Shown: positions 23,601 to 37,471, numbered from the stretch's first letter. The stretch is DNA of 44,385 nt from Octopus bimaculoides (GCF_001194135.2 NC_068981.1:47994433-48038817), one strand, 5' to 3'. The notes: generated by a model from the letters alone, not told the origin. A program made the numbers and translations.

Positions 23601-25649
23601 CTAGAGTTATCTGCAGAAGGAATTTTTGTGTTCTGAAATATCAGTATATCAGACTATGGATAATTAAATTATAACAGTTTTTGTAATCAACTCTGCACTG
23701 TTGTGCCATTAAAGGCACGTTGTATTTTGTTTGAATGTGTTTTGATAGAAGTATATAATCAGAAGGGATATCGTCATAAATCTTCTATTTCTATTTATAA
23801 TAAATTTGCTGTTAGCTTTACATAATTTCAAAGATATAACCTCAAGAATATTTCCGATATATGAATTTACAGACGACTGCTGTTTGGAAATGCATGATTG
23901 CATACATGTCTGCTTCATTCTTGGTATTATATGTTTACACACAGTATATAATAATTTCTTAATACTCGTTTATTAAGAAGTATTAAAACAGTATTTAACA
24001 TTCTGCTTAAAAATTATTTTGCTCTTAGTTCATCACCTTCGTTGATCATCTACCTGTGATATTTTAAATTTTATTGCTATAAATAGTTGAATATAACATT
24101 ATTGCGATGCTAAGTATAGCTTCCGATTTTCGAAATATGGTCGTAGTGTTGGTTGAATGACGCTACAACATCATTTAAAATAAGGTATTATTTGTAATGG
24201 CACACGTACAAATAAACACAAAGATAAAATACGAATATAAAATCCATATGTCTCACGTTTTACTTCTCTTTCCTCGCAATCCCATTTTTGTTTACTGACA
24301 TATATACTGGTATTTTTTTTTCACAGGATTGTACGCGTTCATGGTTCCTTTTTCAAATTCTACGAATTTTTGTTCTCCTTCTTCAACTGTACTCTTAATG
24401 ATATAACGAAAAGTTTCGAAAGATTATGAGTAATCTTTCTAAATATCTGAGAGTTAATCTAATAATTTTGATTGCGAATTCAGAATAAATTGTGAGTGTC
24501 TAGTTTTACTTTAGTTATACATATTTAATCTAAATCCCGAAAATATGAGATATAGCAGGAAATACTTTATCAAATAAATTCTAGAGACATCGAGCAAGCA
24601 TCCCGGATCTCTGAGGGGAAATCAGATTGTAATTAACTTCCAGCATCTGAATGTTTAACGTTTATAGCAGTTTAATCAAAGATATAGGAAACAGAAAGTA
24701 AGAATTTCAATCAAAGAAATTGTTTAGCTATTTATGAAATGAAACGTAAATTAGATAAGAATCATATCAAATATTTGGAATCTCCTGGTATTAATAATCT
24801 GCATGGGTGAACCTCTATGATGTCAAAACTATGAAACTAATTAACTTTTATGCAATCTTGTAATATAATTGTCATTATTTTCCTTTAAACTATTGTCTTA
24901 ACATTATTATTTTAACATTATTTTTATTCCAGTTTCATATATTTACTTACATTTTTCATCATAAAGCTTAATGCAGGTACTTCCTGTAACTCGGTATATC
25001 CCAGTCATGATTTAGTGGATATTTCTTTCATTTGTTTTATAATACTTGCATTTATTGAGTGATATTGTGTTTGTTTTTATATCTTTGCTAACTGTTAAAG
25101 CTCCAAAGAACTGTGAAAACTGTAAACTATGATGGTTTTCAAGAGAACATTCGTTCTCAGCTGCTTAGTCTACTGTGTAAAAGTAACGGTGGAAATCGAA
25201 GCAATCCCCTGAAGCAATGCAAAGAATTTCGTCTTAAAGCAACAGGTAAACAGCTTGGACAGGTTCAAGCATTTAAGACTCTTCTCCTCAGAACGACGGC
25301 TAGAAATATGTGCAGTGATATATATATATATGAAAAATCAAAATTTTGCCACTAAACGATACACTAATAGTTGCATAGTGATAAAGATATCAACGTCGCC
25401 GTGAAGACAGAGCCACAGGTGCTGCAATGCTGCAATTGTAGCAGTACAAGATAATATCATGTTTTTACTTTTGCATTTTAATCCTTGCAAATATAATATA
25501 GTGGCAATCTATAGCTTCGTTTCCCTGATATTTTTCCATATTCGTTCCTATTTAATTGTTCCATTAATTTGCTGTGTTCTTTCATGCCCACCCTTTATAT
25601 ATATATAACAACATCTCTTGATAGTTATTCATATATACATATCCATATA

Positions 25650-26211
25650 CAAGGTGTCCGTAAAGTTACTATACTGTTAAGTTGAAAACAACTTTGTGAT
25701 AGGGTTACTAAGGAATAAGTAAGAAGACGAAAGAAATCAACTCACCGTGGTAGTTCAGAAATTGGCATCAAAAGAACATCACTATATAACATACTTACAA
25801 AACTCAAAATGAAACCTTATATTTCGGGCATAACTCACGAATCTCTCGAGAGTGATCCTGATCGCAGATCTCAAATTTGCGAATAGTTTTTAATTCAAGG
25901 AAAACAAGATTATTAGTCAGAGGAAGCCAAGAAGTATTGAACATCTTCAACTACTCCTAATTGATGCATTTGCTAATCTTGATCCAGAGTTGCGTACCAA
26001 AGTGTGTCACAGTATGTTTTCACGTTGTCGAGAATGCATTGTAGCTAACAGCTTACAATTTGAACATTTATAATAAATATAGTAAACTAAATTGATTGCC
26101 TATATTGTTACAATATTTTCTGAAGCAATACACATATGTTCTGAAAAACGTTTCAGTCTAACTATACTTCTTTAAAACAAATAACTATATAGTAATTTTA
26201 AGGACATCTTA
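25650..26211 (+). mobile_element. Non-autonomous, internally deleted Tc1/mariner element with TIRs and TA flanks
   Basis: Left TA-CAAGGTGTCCGTAAAGTTACTATA; right TATAGTAATTTTAAGGACATCTTA-TA (22/26 complementary). Internal remnant SRKPRSIEHLQLLLIDAFANLDPELRTKVCHSMFSRCRECIVANSLQFEHL* ends ~26072. Confidence 0.8.
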
Positions 26212-26364
26212 TAAATCCATTAATATATACAATATATAAATATTGATATTGAAATGCTCATGAATATAACTACGTATATATTCATATATGTATACGCATA
26301 TATCTATGTACACATATATATTTATGTGAGGTGTGTGCGTTTGTATATATATATATATATATAG

Positions 26365-26417
<53 letters not shown>

Positions 26418-26747
26418 TGAGTGTGTGTGTATATGTGTGTACGTATGTGTGCGCGCGTGTGTGTGTGCGAGTGTGAATGCATAACTGTGTGCGTGCGTGC
26501 ATATGTTTGTATATGTATTAATACTTTTTTACGCAGTACGTTTCTTCTTCGTCACTCATGAGTTTCTGACCATTCTGATGGGAAATTCTATGTATAAATT
26601 AAATAGCTTCTCATTAGAGATTGGCCCCTAGCTAAGCCACAGCAATGTCAATTAATTTTCAGCTTAAAGAAATGTCATAACTATTTAGTAATACGAAATA
26701 TAGCTAGTTGAAACTCAGATCATTGAGAAAATTGAGAAACTTAGAAA

Positions 26748-26882
26748 AGAAGAAGAAGGAGAAGAAGAAGAAGAAGAAGAAGAAGAAGAAGAAGAAGAAG
26801 AAGAAGAAGAAGAAGAAGAAGAAGAAGAAGAAGAAGAAGAAGAAGAAGAAGAAGAAGAAGAAGAAGAAGAAGAAGAAGAAGA
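26748..26882. repeat. (GAA)n microsatellite
   Basis: Directly visible. Confidence 0.95.
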
Positions 26883-27445
26883 GGCAGGAAGTGATTTAGG
26901 AAGCGGATAATAATAATAATAATAACAATACCAGCAACTATAGTGATAACTAATAACAGGATAACAAACAACAACAAAATCCGTTCCTACAGCTACAGAT
27001 AAAACCAAGATAATAGTAAAATGTACATTAATATTCACAAACCCATGTATGAAAATTTACGTTTAGCCTTGCAATGACAGAAAATGTATAGTTGTGTTAA
27101 TGTTGAACTTCCCCCACCATAACAGTTCTCTTAGTAATAATAAACTTTCTGAAATAAACTGACCACAAGAATGGATACCAAATTTGTATAACTGTTCACA
27201 TGTATCTTTATATTTTGAAATGTACATAGGTATCACAATATTTCAATTAAAGACAAAAAATACTGGGCACACATGCGTTTCAACGTATGGCGTTTTTTGA
27301 GTAAATGCTTTAAATATTTCTCTTTTGTTACAAAGAATAAACATCTGATCTTTCCGATTCAGATTCGTATGAATTTAGAGTGTTGCAATGGGATTTGGGT
27401 GGGATAGTATTTTCCTTTCTACCTTCTAAATAATAGTGTGGTCGT

Positions 27446-28795
27446 GTGTTTGTGTGTATTTATCGCCCACGCTTCCACACTTGCCCCTACCTCACCAACA
27501 CGACACATCATCGGCCATCTCATATCACTCACCCCTTCACCTGCACTTCTAGCAAAGCCATTTACTGCATCTCCTGCTCTCTCTGTCCTTCTCTGTACAT
27601 TGGTCAAAGGAGACGCTGCTCGGTTGACCGGTTCGCGGAACACCTCCGAAACATCAGACTTGGCAACGACAACTTGGTCTCACGCCATTACTGCTCTACC
27701 GGTCATTTTTTACAACACCTCTCTGTGTTCGGCTTGTCCGTGCACAGGGGCCATCCGGACTCTCCGTCTTCGTCATGTATAGGAATTTATCTTCTCTCTT
27801 CGTTCCTTTGGGCTACAAGAGCTAAACTCTCCTCTCCTGTTCATCTAACTACCCCTCTCTCCCTTCCTCTCGCTCCTACTTCCTCTCTTCAGTCCCAGCA
27901 ACCTTTCCTCTCCTCTTTTGCTCTCACCCCTACTTTCACTCTTCAATCCTAAGGACCTTCTCCCTTCCACCCTCTCCCTTCCCCGTCACCACTCTATGGC
28001 TACCCCATACCTCCACACCCCAAACCCACCATCCTTATACACCCTATCCCACCATCCCCACATATTCTGCTCCCAGATACCCAACCCCACCCTAACGCGC
28101 CCGTCCATAACACCCCGTCCCTAACACACACACTCACCACACCCATACCCCATTCTCGCACCCCACACCACATCATGCCACCCCACCCCACACACCACAA
28201 CAATACACAACACACCACCATAATACACACCACCACAAAACACTTCAACACTACATACCGCACATCATCATACCACACCAGCACAACACACCAGACCATC
28301 ACACCACAACACACAACACACCACCCATCACCACAGCACACCACCACACCACATCCCACCACCCTGCACACACTAGTATTGACGACTTCCCAGCACCCAC
28401 ACCACATCACCCCGCACACACTAGCACTGACCACTTCCTTTAACCCACACCATCATCCACTCACCTATACATGCACGCGCTCACATGTCAAGGTAACCAG
28501 CCCCAATCCAAAAGCACACACACGTTATCATATACACACGCTCGCACACCTTCGTTTTGGGATCACCACTACTTTATTATGTCACCTTCTTCCTAGCTCT
28601 CTTGTCTGACCATCTCTGTCCGGCCATTTCCATGATTGACAGCTATCCACTAAAGCTTTTTTTTATACTCTCTGTTTATTTTCTCGTGTTCCTTTCTGTT
28701 GAAGAGCGAAAACGTCCTCACCTTCCCGAGCGTTATACTAACACACCTGTTTATCGTTTAATCACCTGTCTTCCTCTTTTGTTTTTTTTGTAAAT
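27446..28795 (+). mobile_element. Penelope-like element (Neptune-type) 3' part: Cys-linker, GIY-YIG, long C/A-rich spacer, pLTR end
   Basis: RPRFHTCPYLT...HPFTCTSSKAIYCISCSLCPSLYIGQ...DRFAEHLRNIRLGNDNLVSRHYCSTGH (27446-~27850). The terminal repeat at 28550-28795 is homologous to the 8520-8700 and 10020-10260 repeats, with a partly deleted HHR (ctgttgaagagcg/aaaacgtc, 28696-28716). Confidence 0.88.
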
Positions 28796-29559
28796 TCCAA
28801 CAATATTGTCGCGATGGGCATAAAAAACATAAAAAGTCTTTCTCCAAGATTTTACTTGATCATAAGCAAAATTTTAATGGAATAAAAACTGTCATAAACA
28901 CGCACAAATATCTTTCCATAAAACACCTATAATAAAAATTCTGTAAAAGTCTATGATATTTTCTTGTCGAAAGACACCCTCGAATTGATCTCCGCATTTA
29001 CGGAAATTATAATTCATTGGGCATGTAGCTGATAATGACATGTGAGTTGTTAATTAATTTCTTAAATAAACCATTCATGAACAAATATTCTCAGTAGAAA
29101 GAAGTACGAAGAGCCTTCCAGACGCACAAGCACATTTACATGCTCTAAATGCATGTAAGGCTGTAAATGCACACCCATGGAAATGACCATGTCAGCAAAA
29201 CGTACCTTCCTCGATTCACTGTCAAATTTAAATGAACTTACACCTGGAATACTATATGAACTACAGACAATACATATTAAAATTCCAATTGATAAACACC
29301 AAACACCAACGAACGATCAAACACAAGCACGAAACCATGAGCAATAGTATACTGGATATAAATACATTTTTAATATACGTCAATATTCACATGTAGAAGT
29401 TCTTGCCTAGATATCATATTGGCGTGAAACTCGAAAAACTTAGTTTCAGTCTCAATGAAAAGCTATAAACACATACTCACACATGCATATATGTGTGTGT
29501 GTGTGAGAGAGTGTGTGTGCTTGTGTGTGTGTGTGTATGTGTGTGTATGTATGTGTGTG

Positions 29560-29605
<46 letters not shown>

Positions 29606-30054
29606 CATACACGTATATAATATATATAAGCATACATATACAATTACATAGTCATGCACACACTCACATACACATCTTGGAAATAGTATTATATATAGAA
29701 ATATGCATATATATATATACGTTTGCATGTGTGATTGTGTATTTTTGTCTGTACATTTATATATGAATATACAAACATGCTTTTATTTTATCGATTGTCT
29801 ATTGAAGACACTTCATTTTGTAGCGTTCTTTTATTAATACTGTCTATAAATATTAAAACATTTTTCTGTACAACTTTATTTTCATTGAAGCATAATATTT
29901 AAAAATGGATGCAAAAAGAAAACAAGATTTATTAAGCCACTCCGTTCTCATGAATCGCACATATGTGTAGAACTTATATTATTGTCTGAACATATGACGT
30001 ATTTCATGTATACAACAATTAATATGCATACCATCTCCCTCCTATATATGTATA

Positions 30055-30287
30055 CGTGGTCTGATCAATAAATATCTGGATAATTGACATAGTAAGCATA
30101 CTATGAGAGGCCAGTTGGCACAAATTGACCTTCAACTCTCTTTGAGCATGCGCACTGAGTTTAACCGTTCTATCTCACTTTCGTTCTTTACATTAGTGCT
30201 TGGAAGGAAGGCGTGCAGTATGTGATCATTGCATTAATCATGACAGAAAAAGTCGAGCAGAGAATCTACATCGAATGTTGCCAAAAG
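30055..30287 (+). mobile_element. Mariner-like element 5' end (TIR plus transposase start)
   Basis: TA-CGTGGTCTGATCAATAAATATCTGGA terminus. ATG at 30240 gives MTEKVEQRIYIECCQK, a mariner-type N-terminus (EQRxCIKFC), then truncation. Confidence 0.6.
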
Positions 30288-30585
30288 CAATGTTTTCAAA
30301 ATGTTTTCATCGTTTTTTATATGAAATTACATATCCACATGTTAAGCAATCGAAATGTTTCATTGATTAGTGTTTCTTTTTGGTCAGCTGAAAGCAGTTT
30401 TGACACAAACTTGAAAGACTTATCCAAATCTTCGGTGACAATGAATTGAACTACACCGTAACTATTCTGCACATCTTTTGAAACCTTACTCATAGTGATA
30501 CTATGATTTTCAACGGAATTGAGATAGGACGTTAAAACTTAGTGTACATACACAGCAGTGCTCAATTTCAATCTATGCAAAGCGG

Positions 30586-30631
<46 letters not shown>

Positions 30632-32264
30632 GCATTGGGATTTTCATTACACCAAACACAGGCACTGGTTCAGTTTCACTTATTTGTTATTAATGAATTC
30701 TTTAGTTAATCAACTCGATTGTTTCTAAAAGATTCTCCTTCAGTATTCGTAGTTTCGTGAACGGCTTGCCATGTCTTCTCCACGTCATCTTTGAATCTGT
30801 TTGCTTCATAGTGATGTACGTGGGAAGTAGAGGGAGAAGACAAATGGAGAATATATGTGCTTGTGATATCCTGTATGGGTGTGAGGTTACATTCTGACGT
30901 ATGTGATTTCTTGTTTGCGTTTATGTATGTATAAATGCCTAAGTATACTTTAATTTATCCTACAAGTGAGCGTGCATGTGTGTGCGTATATGTGTTTGGG
31001 AGTGTGCTACTTTACATATGTGCGTTCTGGCGTAGAAAATCCTTGATATATTTTGACAGGAACGTAGTAATATATTTTTGTCTGCAATAATGTCGCCATA
31101 AATGGTGTACGAAAATGTAAATTATGACAAATGATCTAGCATGCATGTTATGATGGGTTCGGAATAAGCAGATTAAAAATATCCGACTAGTGAGAGTATA
31201 AAATACAGTACAATCCGTATGGATATGCTGGATAATATACATTTGATAGAATCTAAGCATGGTCAAAAATGAAATGGGGGGAATATGAGGAAGACCAAGA
31301 ACGTGGAAACTTCGAATAGTAATGTATTTTTGCCTGGAATGACGAGCGATTATACGAAATTTACGCATCATATGACGTAGATTTACTTTCAAACGCGTGC
31401 TTGAACTTCTCGCATGATGCTTACATCACAACCTAAATTTTCCTCAAATGGAAATAGCCACTTTTGTTAGTTAATTCCCTTCTTCCATATATGGAATGTC
31501 GCTTACATCCAAAATTGAAGCATAATCCAATAATCAAAGGAACAATATCCACGTATATTTTCCAATAATGTCGAGGGCAATTTAAAACTGCTTTGAAAAG
31601 TTTTTAGCGCACGTAGCTTTCAGTTCGACATCAATTTTGCATAAATATGAACATCAAATTAACTCACACATACTTAGAAAATTTCTACTCCTATATTCTA
31701 AATATCGATACTAACTTTCAAATATCTGTGCTTGTACGTAGAACAATTTATGAATTTAAAACTATAACTGAAACAGATTATTGCGTACAAAGAACAACAT
31801 TTAATTTTGATAAGGAATATTGAGAATATCCAGAATTAGAGATATATAGATTTGTGTTTAGATTTCTATTCCCATGATTATATTTTGCTCAACGACTTCT
31901 TTGTTTCAGGCACATTTTTATCAACCTTCATTACGATGTACTAAAGAAGAATCAACATGTTATCATTTCAATTCATAATAAAATCTACAAGTTTTAATGA
32001 AAACTGTAAAGAAAATAATAATTAACTTCAAACTGATAGATTACAATACTCATATGACAATGAGTCCAGCTTATTTCCCAGCATAATAAAATGTCTGAAA
32101 ATTTCTAGTCTTTAAAATGCAAACATAGTATTTTAAATATTCTCCGTGTTCAATAATTTCTGCCACGTGTATTCGAGTTCATACGCCTTGGATCTTCGGA
32201 GAGAATTTATTCAATGCAAAAGGGATAATAGGTGTTTGTAATAAAATATTTTTCCTATACTTAC

Positions 32265-32307
32265 ATTTCGGTAAATGCTTTTTCTCCACAAGGGCAAAGA
32301 AATGTAT
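32265..32307 (-). CDS. Candidate 43-nt internal host exon, unidentified
   Basis: Acceptor ttgaattcttgttcag|A and donor AAT|gtaagtat. All three frames are open (e.g. xTFLCPCGEKAFTE). Confidence 0.3.
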
Positions 32308-33439
32308 CTGAACAAGAATTCAATGCAAAATTTTATTATACTTTTAACTGCCATTGATGCCAATTTTATGTACTTGAGTCTAGTGCAGTTACCTATGAAC
32401 ATGTAAGAATAACATGTATATAAATTTTCATTCTTGCCATTCTATGTATCGAATTAATCTGCAATTAAAAAGAAGTTGGAAAAAATAATTATATTTTAAC
32501 CAACTACTTATATTGGATATTAATTATCGTAATAAATAACAAAGTAACTTTTCTAATTATCTGTTTTTACACTTTATTTCTACTACCTCATACCATCTGC
32601 CATCATCAAGAACGTTTTCAGATTCATTATGGAGAGGAGCGAAAAGGAAAAAAAAATGCTGGCATGAGTGACATAAAAGCAAAAAAAAATAAAACAAATC
32701 AATCAAATTATAAAAAGTTGAAAGACATTAGCGCAAGAAAATATTGGAAAAATAGAAACACTGTTAAAAAAAGAAGGAAAATATCAGAAAATCTATTCAT
32801 CTAAATAATTGCATCATTTAAGTATAATTAATTATATGAAAGTGACGACGACTGGATGTTTTTCACTGTGCTGGTGCAACGAGATAAAGTCCAAAAATAA
32901 TTTGTTGCGTGAAATCATAGGAATTAGATAAGATGCGTCTCATCAAAATGGCTAACGGTTATCGGTGCTGTTCCATTCTTTTTTTATGTTTTTATGTTGT
33001 TATTAGTAATATTTTTACACTTCTTGCGTGTGGCATTAACGTTTGTTTGTTGTTGTTGGTTTTCATTTTGTTTATGAGGATCATGAAGCTGACAAAGAGG
33101 TGAATCACTACGATGATCATCATAATTTTCATCATACTAATCGCAAGTATCATCAAAACATTGACGATCATAACAATGAAAATCATAGAATTTACTCTCT
33201 GTTTTGCGATCTTCAGTTCTGTTGAGATCTATCGATTTTAGCCTTTGTTTTTTATCCAGAGTTATATTAATTCTGATTAGATTTCTTTTGCCACCAATGC
33301 ATTTGGTATCATCATATGGTTTGATATTTCTTTCTTATTATTAATGAAATCTTGCTGTTGAATAGTTTTTCAAACTGTTAACGGTAATGCTGGTCGTAAA
33401 TGTATTGATGGTGGTGCTGATAAGTCTAAATATGATTGT

Positions 33440-33850
33440 GCTAATGATGATCATTATGATAATGTTGATGCGGGGGGGGGGGAATGGAGAACGGCAGAAA
33501 GATGGTGATGATCATGCAGAGGAGAAAGTCAGGGAGATGATGATGAGGCGGAGGAGGAGGAGAAGCAGGAGGAGAAGCAGGAGGAGAAGGAGGAGGAGAA
33601 GGAGGAGGAGAAGGAGGAGGAGAATGTTCATGACGATGGAGAAGCGAAGAAGGAGGTGGAGGAAGCTGAGAGGGTGTAAGCTGAGGAGGATGATGACGAT
33701 GTGGAGGAAGCTGATGAGGGGAAAAATGCTGATTATGAGGAGGGGAGATGTTGATGAGAAAGAAAATGATTATAATGATGATGAGGCTGATAAGGAGGAG
33801 GAAGAGGTGGAGGAAGGAGAGGTGTAAGAGGAGGAAGTTGAGGGTGACGA
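33440..33850. repeat. Purine-rich low-complexity (GGA/GAT)n region
   Basis: Imperfect trinucleotide runs, which explain the poly-R/E/P ORFs. Confidence 0.85.
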
Positions 33851-33983
33851 TGTTGGTATGAGTAATGGTTGTCTGGTGAAAACGATATGTAATAGCGTAA
33901 GCTCGAATATGTGATTCATAAAGTAAAAAAAAACCCACTTTCTAATACATAAATTCAAAGTAAACTTGTGTATAAGCACTTAC

Positions 33984-34100
33984 GGAAATTGTCTGCGAAA
34001 AGAAACGAAATAATTCCTTTTTTTCTGATTTACTTGAGAAATATGAAATCTGAGTCTTCAAATCCGACAGGCAGTCGACAAAATTACTTCTCCGCGACAT
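33984..34100 (-). CDS. Candidate exon (MSRRSNFVDCLSDLKTQISYFSSKSEKKELFRFFSQTIS), unidentified
   Basis: aaaATGt context, non-repetitive open frame, donor TCC|gtaagtg at 33983. No homology recognised. Confidence 0.2.
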
Positions 34101-34220
34101 TTTCAATGCAGAACCACAAAGAAGCACATCAACAAATCTCACACACAACGTGGTATACAAACTAAACAACTACAGCTACTAAGCAAGAAAATGTAAAATT
34201 CGAGACTATCAGAATACACA

Positions 34221-34257
<37 letters not shown>

Positions 34258-34588
34258 AACACACACACACGCGTGCGTGCACACACATACACACACAAAC
34301 ACGCACGAGCGTGCACACAAACGTTCACATTCACCAAAGTTGTTAAAGATCGTTCTTCCTTGAGTACAATGATTGTAATAAAAAAACAACAAAAAATATG
34401 AGATGTTGATAAAGGCGCTTAAGAGTCATTAAGATAATAAGGTCATATAAATTAGTACACGATGAGCAGAATATCTCATTCGATATAAGGGATGGACTCT
34501 AATGAAATTATATACATATTTACATACATAGGTACATACACACAAGCAAACACACACACACGCAAACACTCACACACATACACATATA

Positions 34589-35916
34589 CAGTGTGAGTAA
34601 GATAGTTGAGGGCAGATTTTTGTTAATACAAATTAAACAGGAATATAACAGATAATAACTTTATTTATCAAAAAATGCTATGAGGATAAAAATAAAACTT
34701 CTTTTCTATAATATAATTTAATAAAGCTACCTTCAGCTTTAACAACTGCTTCTATATGAGATCTATATCAGCTAAATGTTTAAATTAAGTGGTCTGATTC
34801 ATTTTGGCCGTTACTCTGACTATGGCAGCTTTCAAAATATGCTTGGTGTTGTGGGCGTGTTTGTGACCTCTCTCTAAACAACGTTCCAATTGTAATAGCC
34901 CAATGGATTGAGATCTGGGGAATTAGGAGGCCAAATGTTATGGGTATGTGATCAGGAAATTCTTCAGCCATCCATACATATGTTACTAGAGCCGTGTATG
35001 ATAGTGCTGAGTTTTACTGAAACAGATATGGCCTTCCGTTGCATACGATCTCATCTCTAATCAGTGCTTAACAATTATTTCCAGTACATCAGTGTAGGCA
35101 GCATAGGTAACTCTAAGGCTTTGTGGAAAGAAGTAAAGAATCATCACATGTCCATCATTGCTGGGAACCCCTGAAACCATAACAGTTGCAGGAAATTTAT
35201 AACACTAAGAAATGCCTAACACTTGGAACATCAGAATGGTCTGCACATAATCAACTGTCATTTCTTTTGTTAAGGAAATGCCTAACACTTGGAACTTCAG
35301 AAGGGTCTGCACATAATCATCTGTCATTTCTGTTGTTAACTTTTTGATCTTAGTCGAAATGTTTCATGTTTGAGATAAAACAATTCAAATTTTCTTCTGC
35401 TGGATTATTCCGTTTGTTTCAGAGTCTTTTAGATCTGATGTATTGATGTTCTTTCGCTTTTCCTGATGAATTGACCTTTCCTCATCCTATAAGACATATA
35501 TCTGATGTCTTCGACAACATCTCTGACTGTTACTTCTGACATATGGAGTCTAGTGCAATAGATCTCATGGATTTTCTGGGTTTGTTATCAACGGTCTGTT
35601 GAATTTGTTGGATAAAGTCATGTGTTCTGATGCTTTCAGGGTTTTTTATGCTTTGATACTGGTGATACGATTCCATATTCAACCTCTAGCTCCTTACAAA
35701 CATTTTAGACGAAAGATCTAGCAAAATTTAAAAATCAAGATATATCTAAATCACAATGCTCAGCCTTTATAACCAGAACACAAACATGGCTCTTCATTTC
35801 TTGAGTAAGCTGAGGGTCTGCCATTATTATTTCCCGAAACAAAGATTATAAAGAGTTAGCAAATAATGCATCAACGACTCAAAAATATCATGTCCTCAAA
35901 TGCCTTACACACCATG
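34589..35916 (-). mobile_element. Near full-length DD37D (maT)-like Tc1/mariner transposon, dead
   Basis: ATG 35824: MADPQLTQEMKSH...SIRTHDFIQQIQQTVDNKPRKSMRSIA...SYRMRKGQF...DQKVNNRNDR...PATVMV...GRPYLFQ*NSA...NIWPPNSPDLNPLGYY...IEAVVKAEGSFI (~34715). Spacing between the second and third catalytic positions is 37 aa after restoring a 1-nt frameshift. TIR TA-CAGTGTGAGTAAGATAGTTGAG at 34587; the opposite TIR near 35894-35916 is weaker. Confidence 0.88.
35206..35336. repeat. 65-bp tandem duplication inside the maT transposase
   Basis: taagaaatgcctaacacttggaac...tgtcatttc..ttgt occurs twice (35206-35270 and 35271-35336). Confidence 0.9.
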
Positions 35917-36182
35917 GGTGTGCTTGCATGTGTGTGTATTATATCTTTTATATTCGTTTATGCTAACGTGAAGGATATGCAAATAAAGCTCCTATTACAT
36001 TATAACGGCTACTCTCTAATGATTCTGATAAGTGAATCAGTTTTTCGGGGTTGCATCATAGTTATACCGATATAATGTAGGATACATATAATAATAGAAA
36101 TAATTTTTGGATGGAATTTATAAATATTTAATACATCGCTTCGAGCGTTTCCACAAACAACATGACTCTAACATCAGAGTCC

Positions 36183-36433
36183 GTATCCTTGGGGTGAGTA
36201 GAGTATAGTCCCGAGTATCCGTGGGTATCCGGTTGATTCATTTTATTAGGCGATGCTGCATTATTGTATGAATCACAGAGGGATATGTATCCCTTCTTGC
36301 TAGTATTAAGGTCAATCTAGCTAGATCTGTGTTTCATCCACTCATGCAGTATCTCATGATGAATTGAATCAATGCTGATGATCAATCAGGTTCTCAGGGA
36401 TACTACGGAGTATTGCAGTCATCCCAAAGATAC
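36183..36433. mobile_element. Foldback/MITE-like 250-bp imperfect palindrome
   Basis: The left arm gtatccttggggtgag...gatgctgcattattgtatgaatcacaga (36183-36279) aligns with the reverse complement of 36326-36433. Confidence 0.7.
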
Positions 36434-37471
36434 AAAATATGATGTTAAAGTCATGTGATTTGTGGAAACGCGCCTAGTGATGTATGAAATATGTATATGT
36501 TCCATCATAGAATTATATATATATATATATATNNNNNNNNNNNNNNNNNNNNNNNNNNNNNNNNNNNNNNNNNNNNNNNNNNNNNNNNNNNNNNNNNNNN
36601 NNNNNNNNNNNNNNNNNNNNNNNNNNNNNNNNNNNNNNNNNNNNNNNNNNNNNNNNNNNNNNNNNNNNNNNNNNNNNNNNNNNNNNNNNNNNNNNNNNNN
36701 NNNNNNNNNNNNNNNNNNNNNNNNNNNNNNNNNNNNNNNNNNNNNNNNNNNNNNNNNNNNNNNNNNNNNNNNNNNNNNNNNNNNNNNNNNNNNNNNNNNN
36801 NNNNNNNNNNNNNNNNNNNNNNNNNNNNNNNNNNNNNNNNNNNNNNNNNNNNNNNNNNNNNNNNNNNNNNNNNNNNNNNNNNNNNNNNNNNNNNNNNNNN
36901 NNNNNNNNNNNNNNNNNNNNNNNNNNNNNNNNNNNNNNNNNNNNNNNNNNNNNNNNNNNNNNNNNNNNNNNNNNNNNNNNNNNNNNNNNNNNNNNNNNNN
37001 NNNNNNNNNNNNNNNNNNNNNNNNNNNNNNNNNNNNNNNNNNNNNNNNNNNNNNNNNNNNNNNNNNNNNNNNNNNNNNNNNNNNNNNNNNNNNNNNNNNN
37101 NNNNNNNNNNNNNNNNNNNNNNNNNNNNNNNNNNNNNNNNNNNNNNNNNNNNNNNNNNNNNNNNNNNNNNNNNNNNNNNNNNNNNNNNNNNNNNNNNNNN
37201 NNNNNNNNNNNNNNNNNNNNNNNNNNNNNNNNNNNNNNNNNNNNNNNNNNNNNNNNNNNNNNNNNNNNNNNNNNNNNNNNNNNNNNNNNNNNNNNNNNNN
37301 NNNNNNNNNNNNNNNNNNNNNNNNNNNNNNNNNNNNNNNNNNNNNNNNNNNNNNNNNNNNNNNNNNNNNNNNNNNNNNNNNNNNNNNNNNNNNNNNNNNN
37401 NNNNNNNNNNNNNNNNNNNNNNNNNNNNNNNNNNNNNNNNNNNNNNNATATATATATATATATATATACAT

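Noticed and set aside
25101-25245. Plus-strand exon candidate (LQRTVKTVNYDGFQENIRSQ...)
   Set aside because: Splice signals are plausible, but there is no recognisable homology or neighbouring plus-strand exons.
31060-31600. Minus-strand peptide HYWKIYVDIVPLIIGLC... resembling a DDD transposase, plus a ~35-bp direct repeat (31063/31316)
   Set aside because: Similarity is only suggestive, with no catalytic motif or termini visible.
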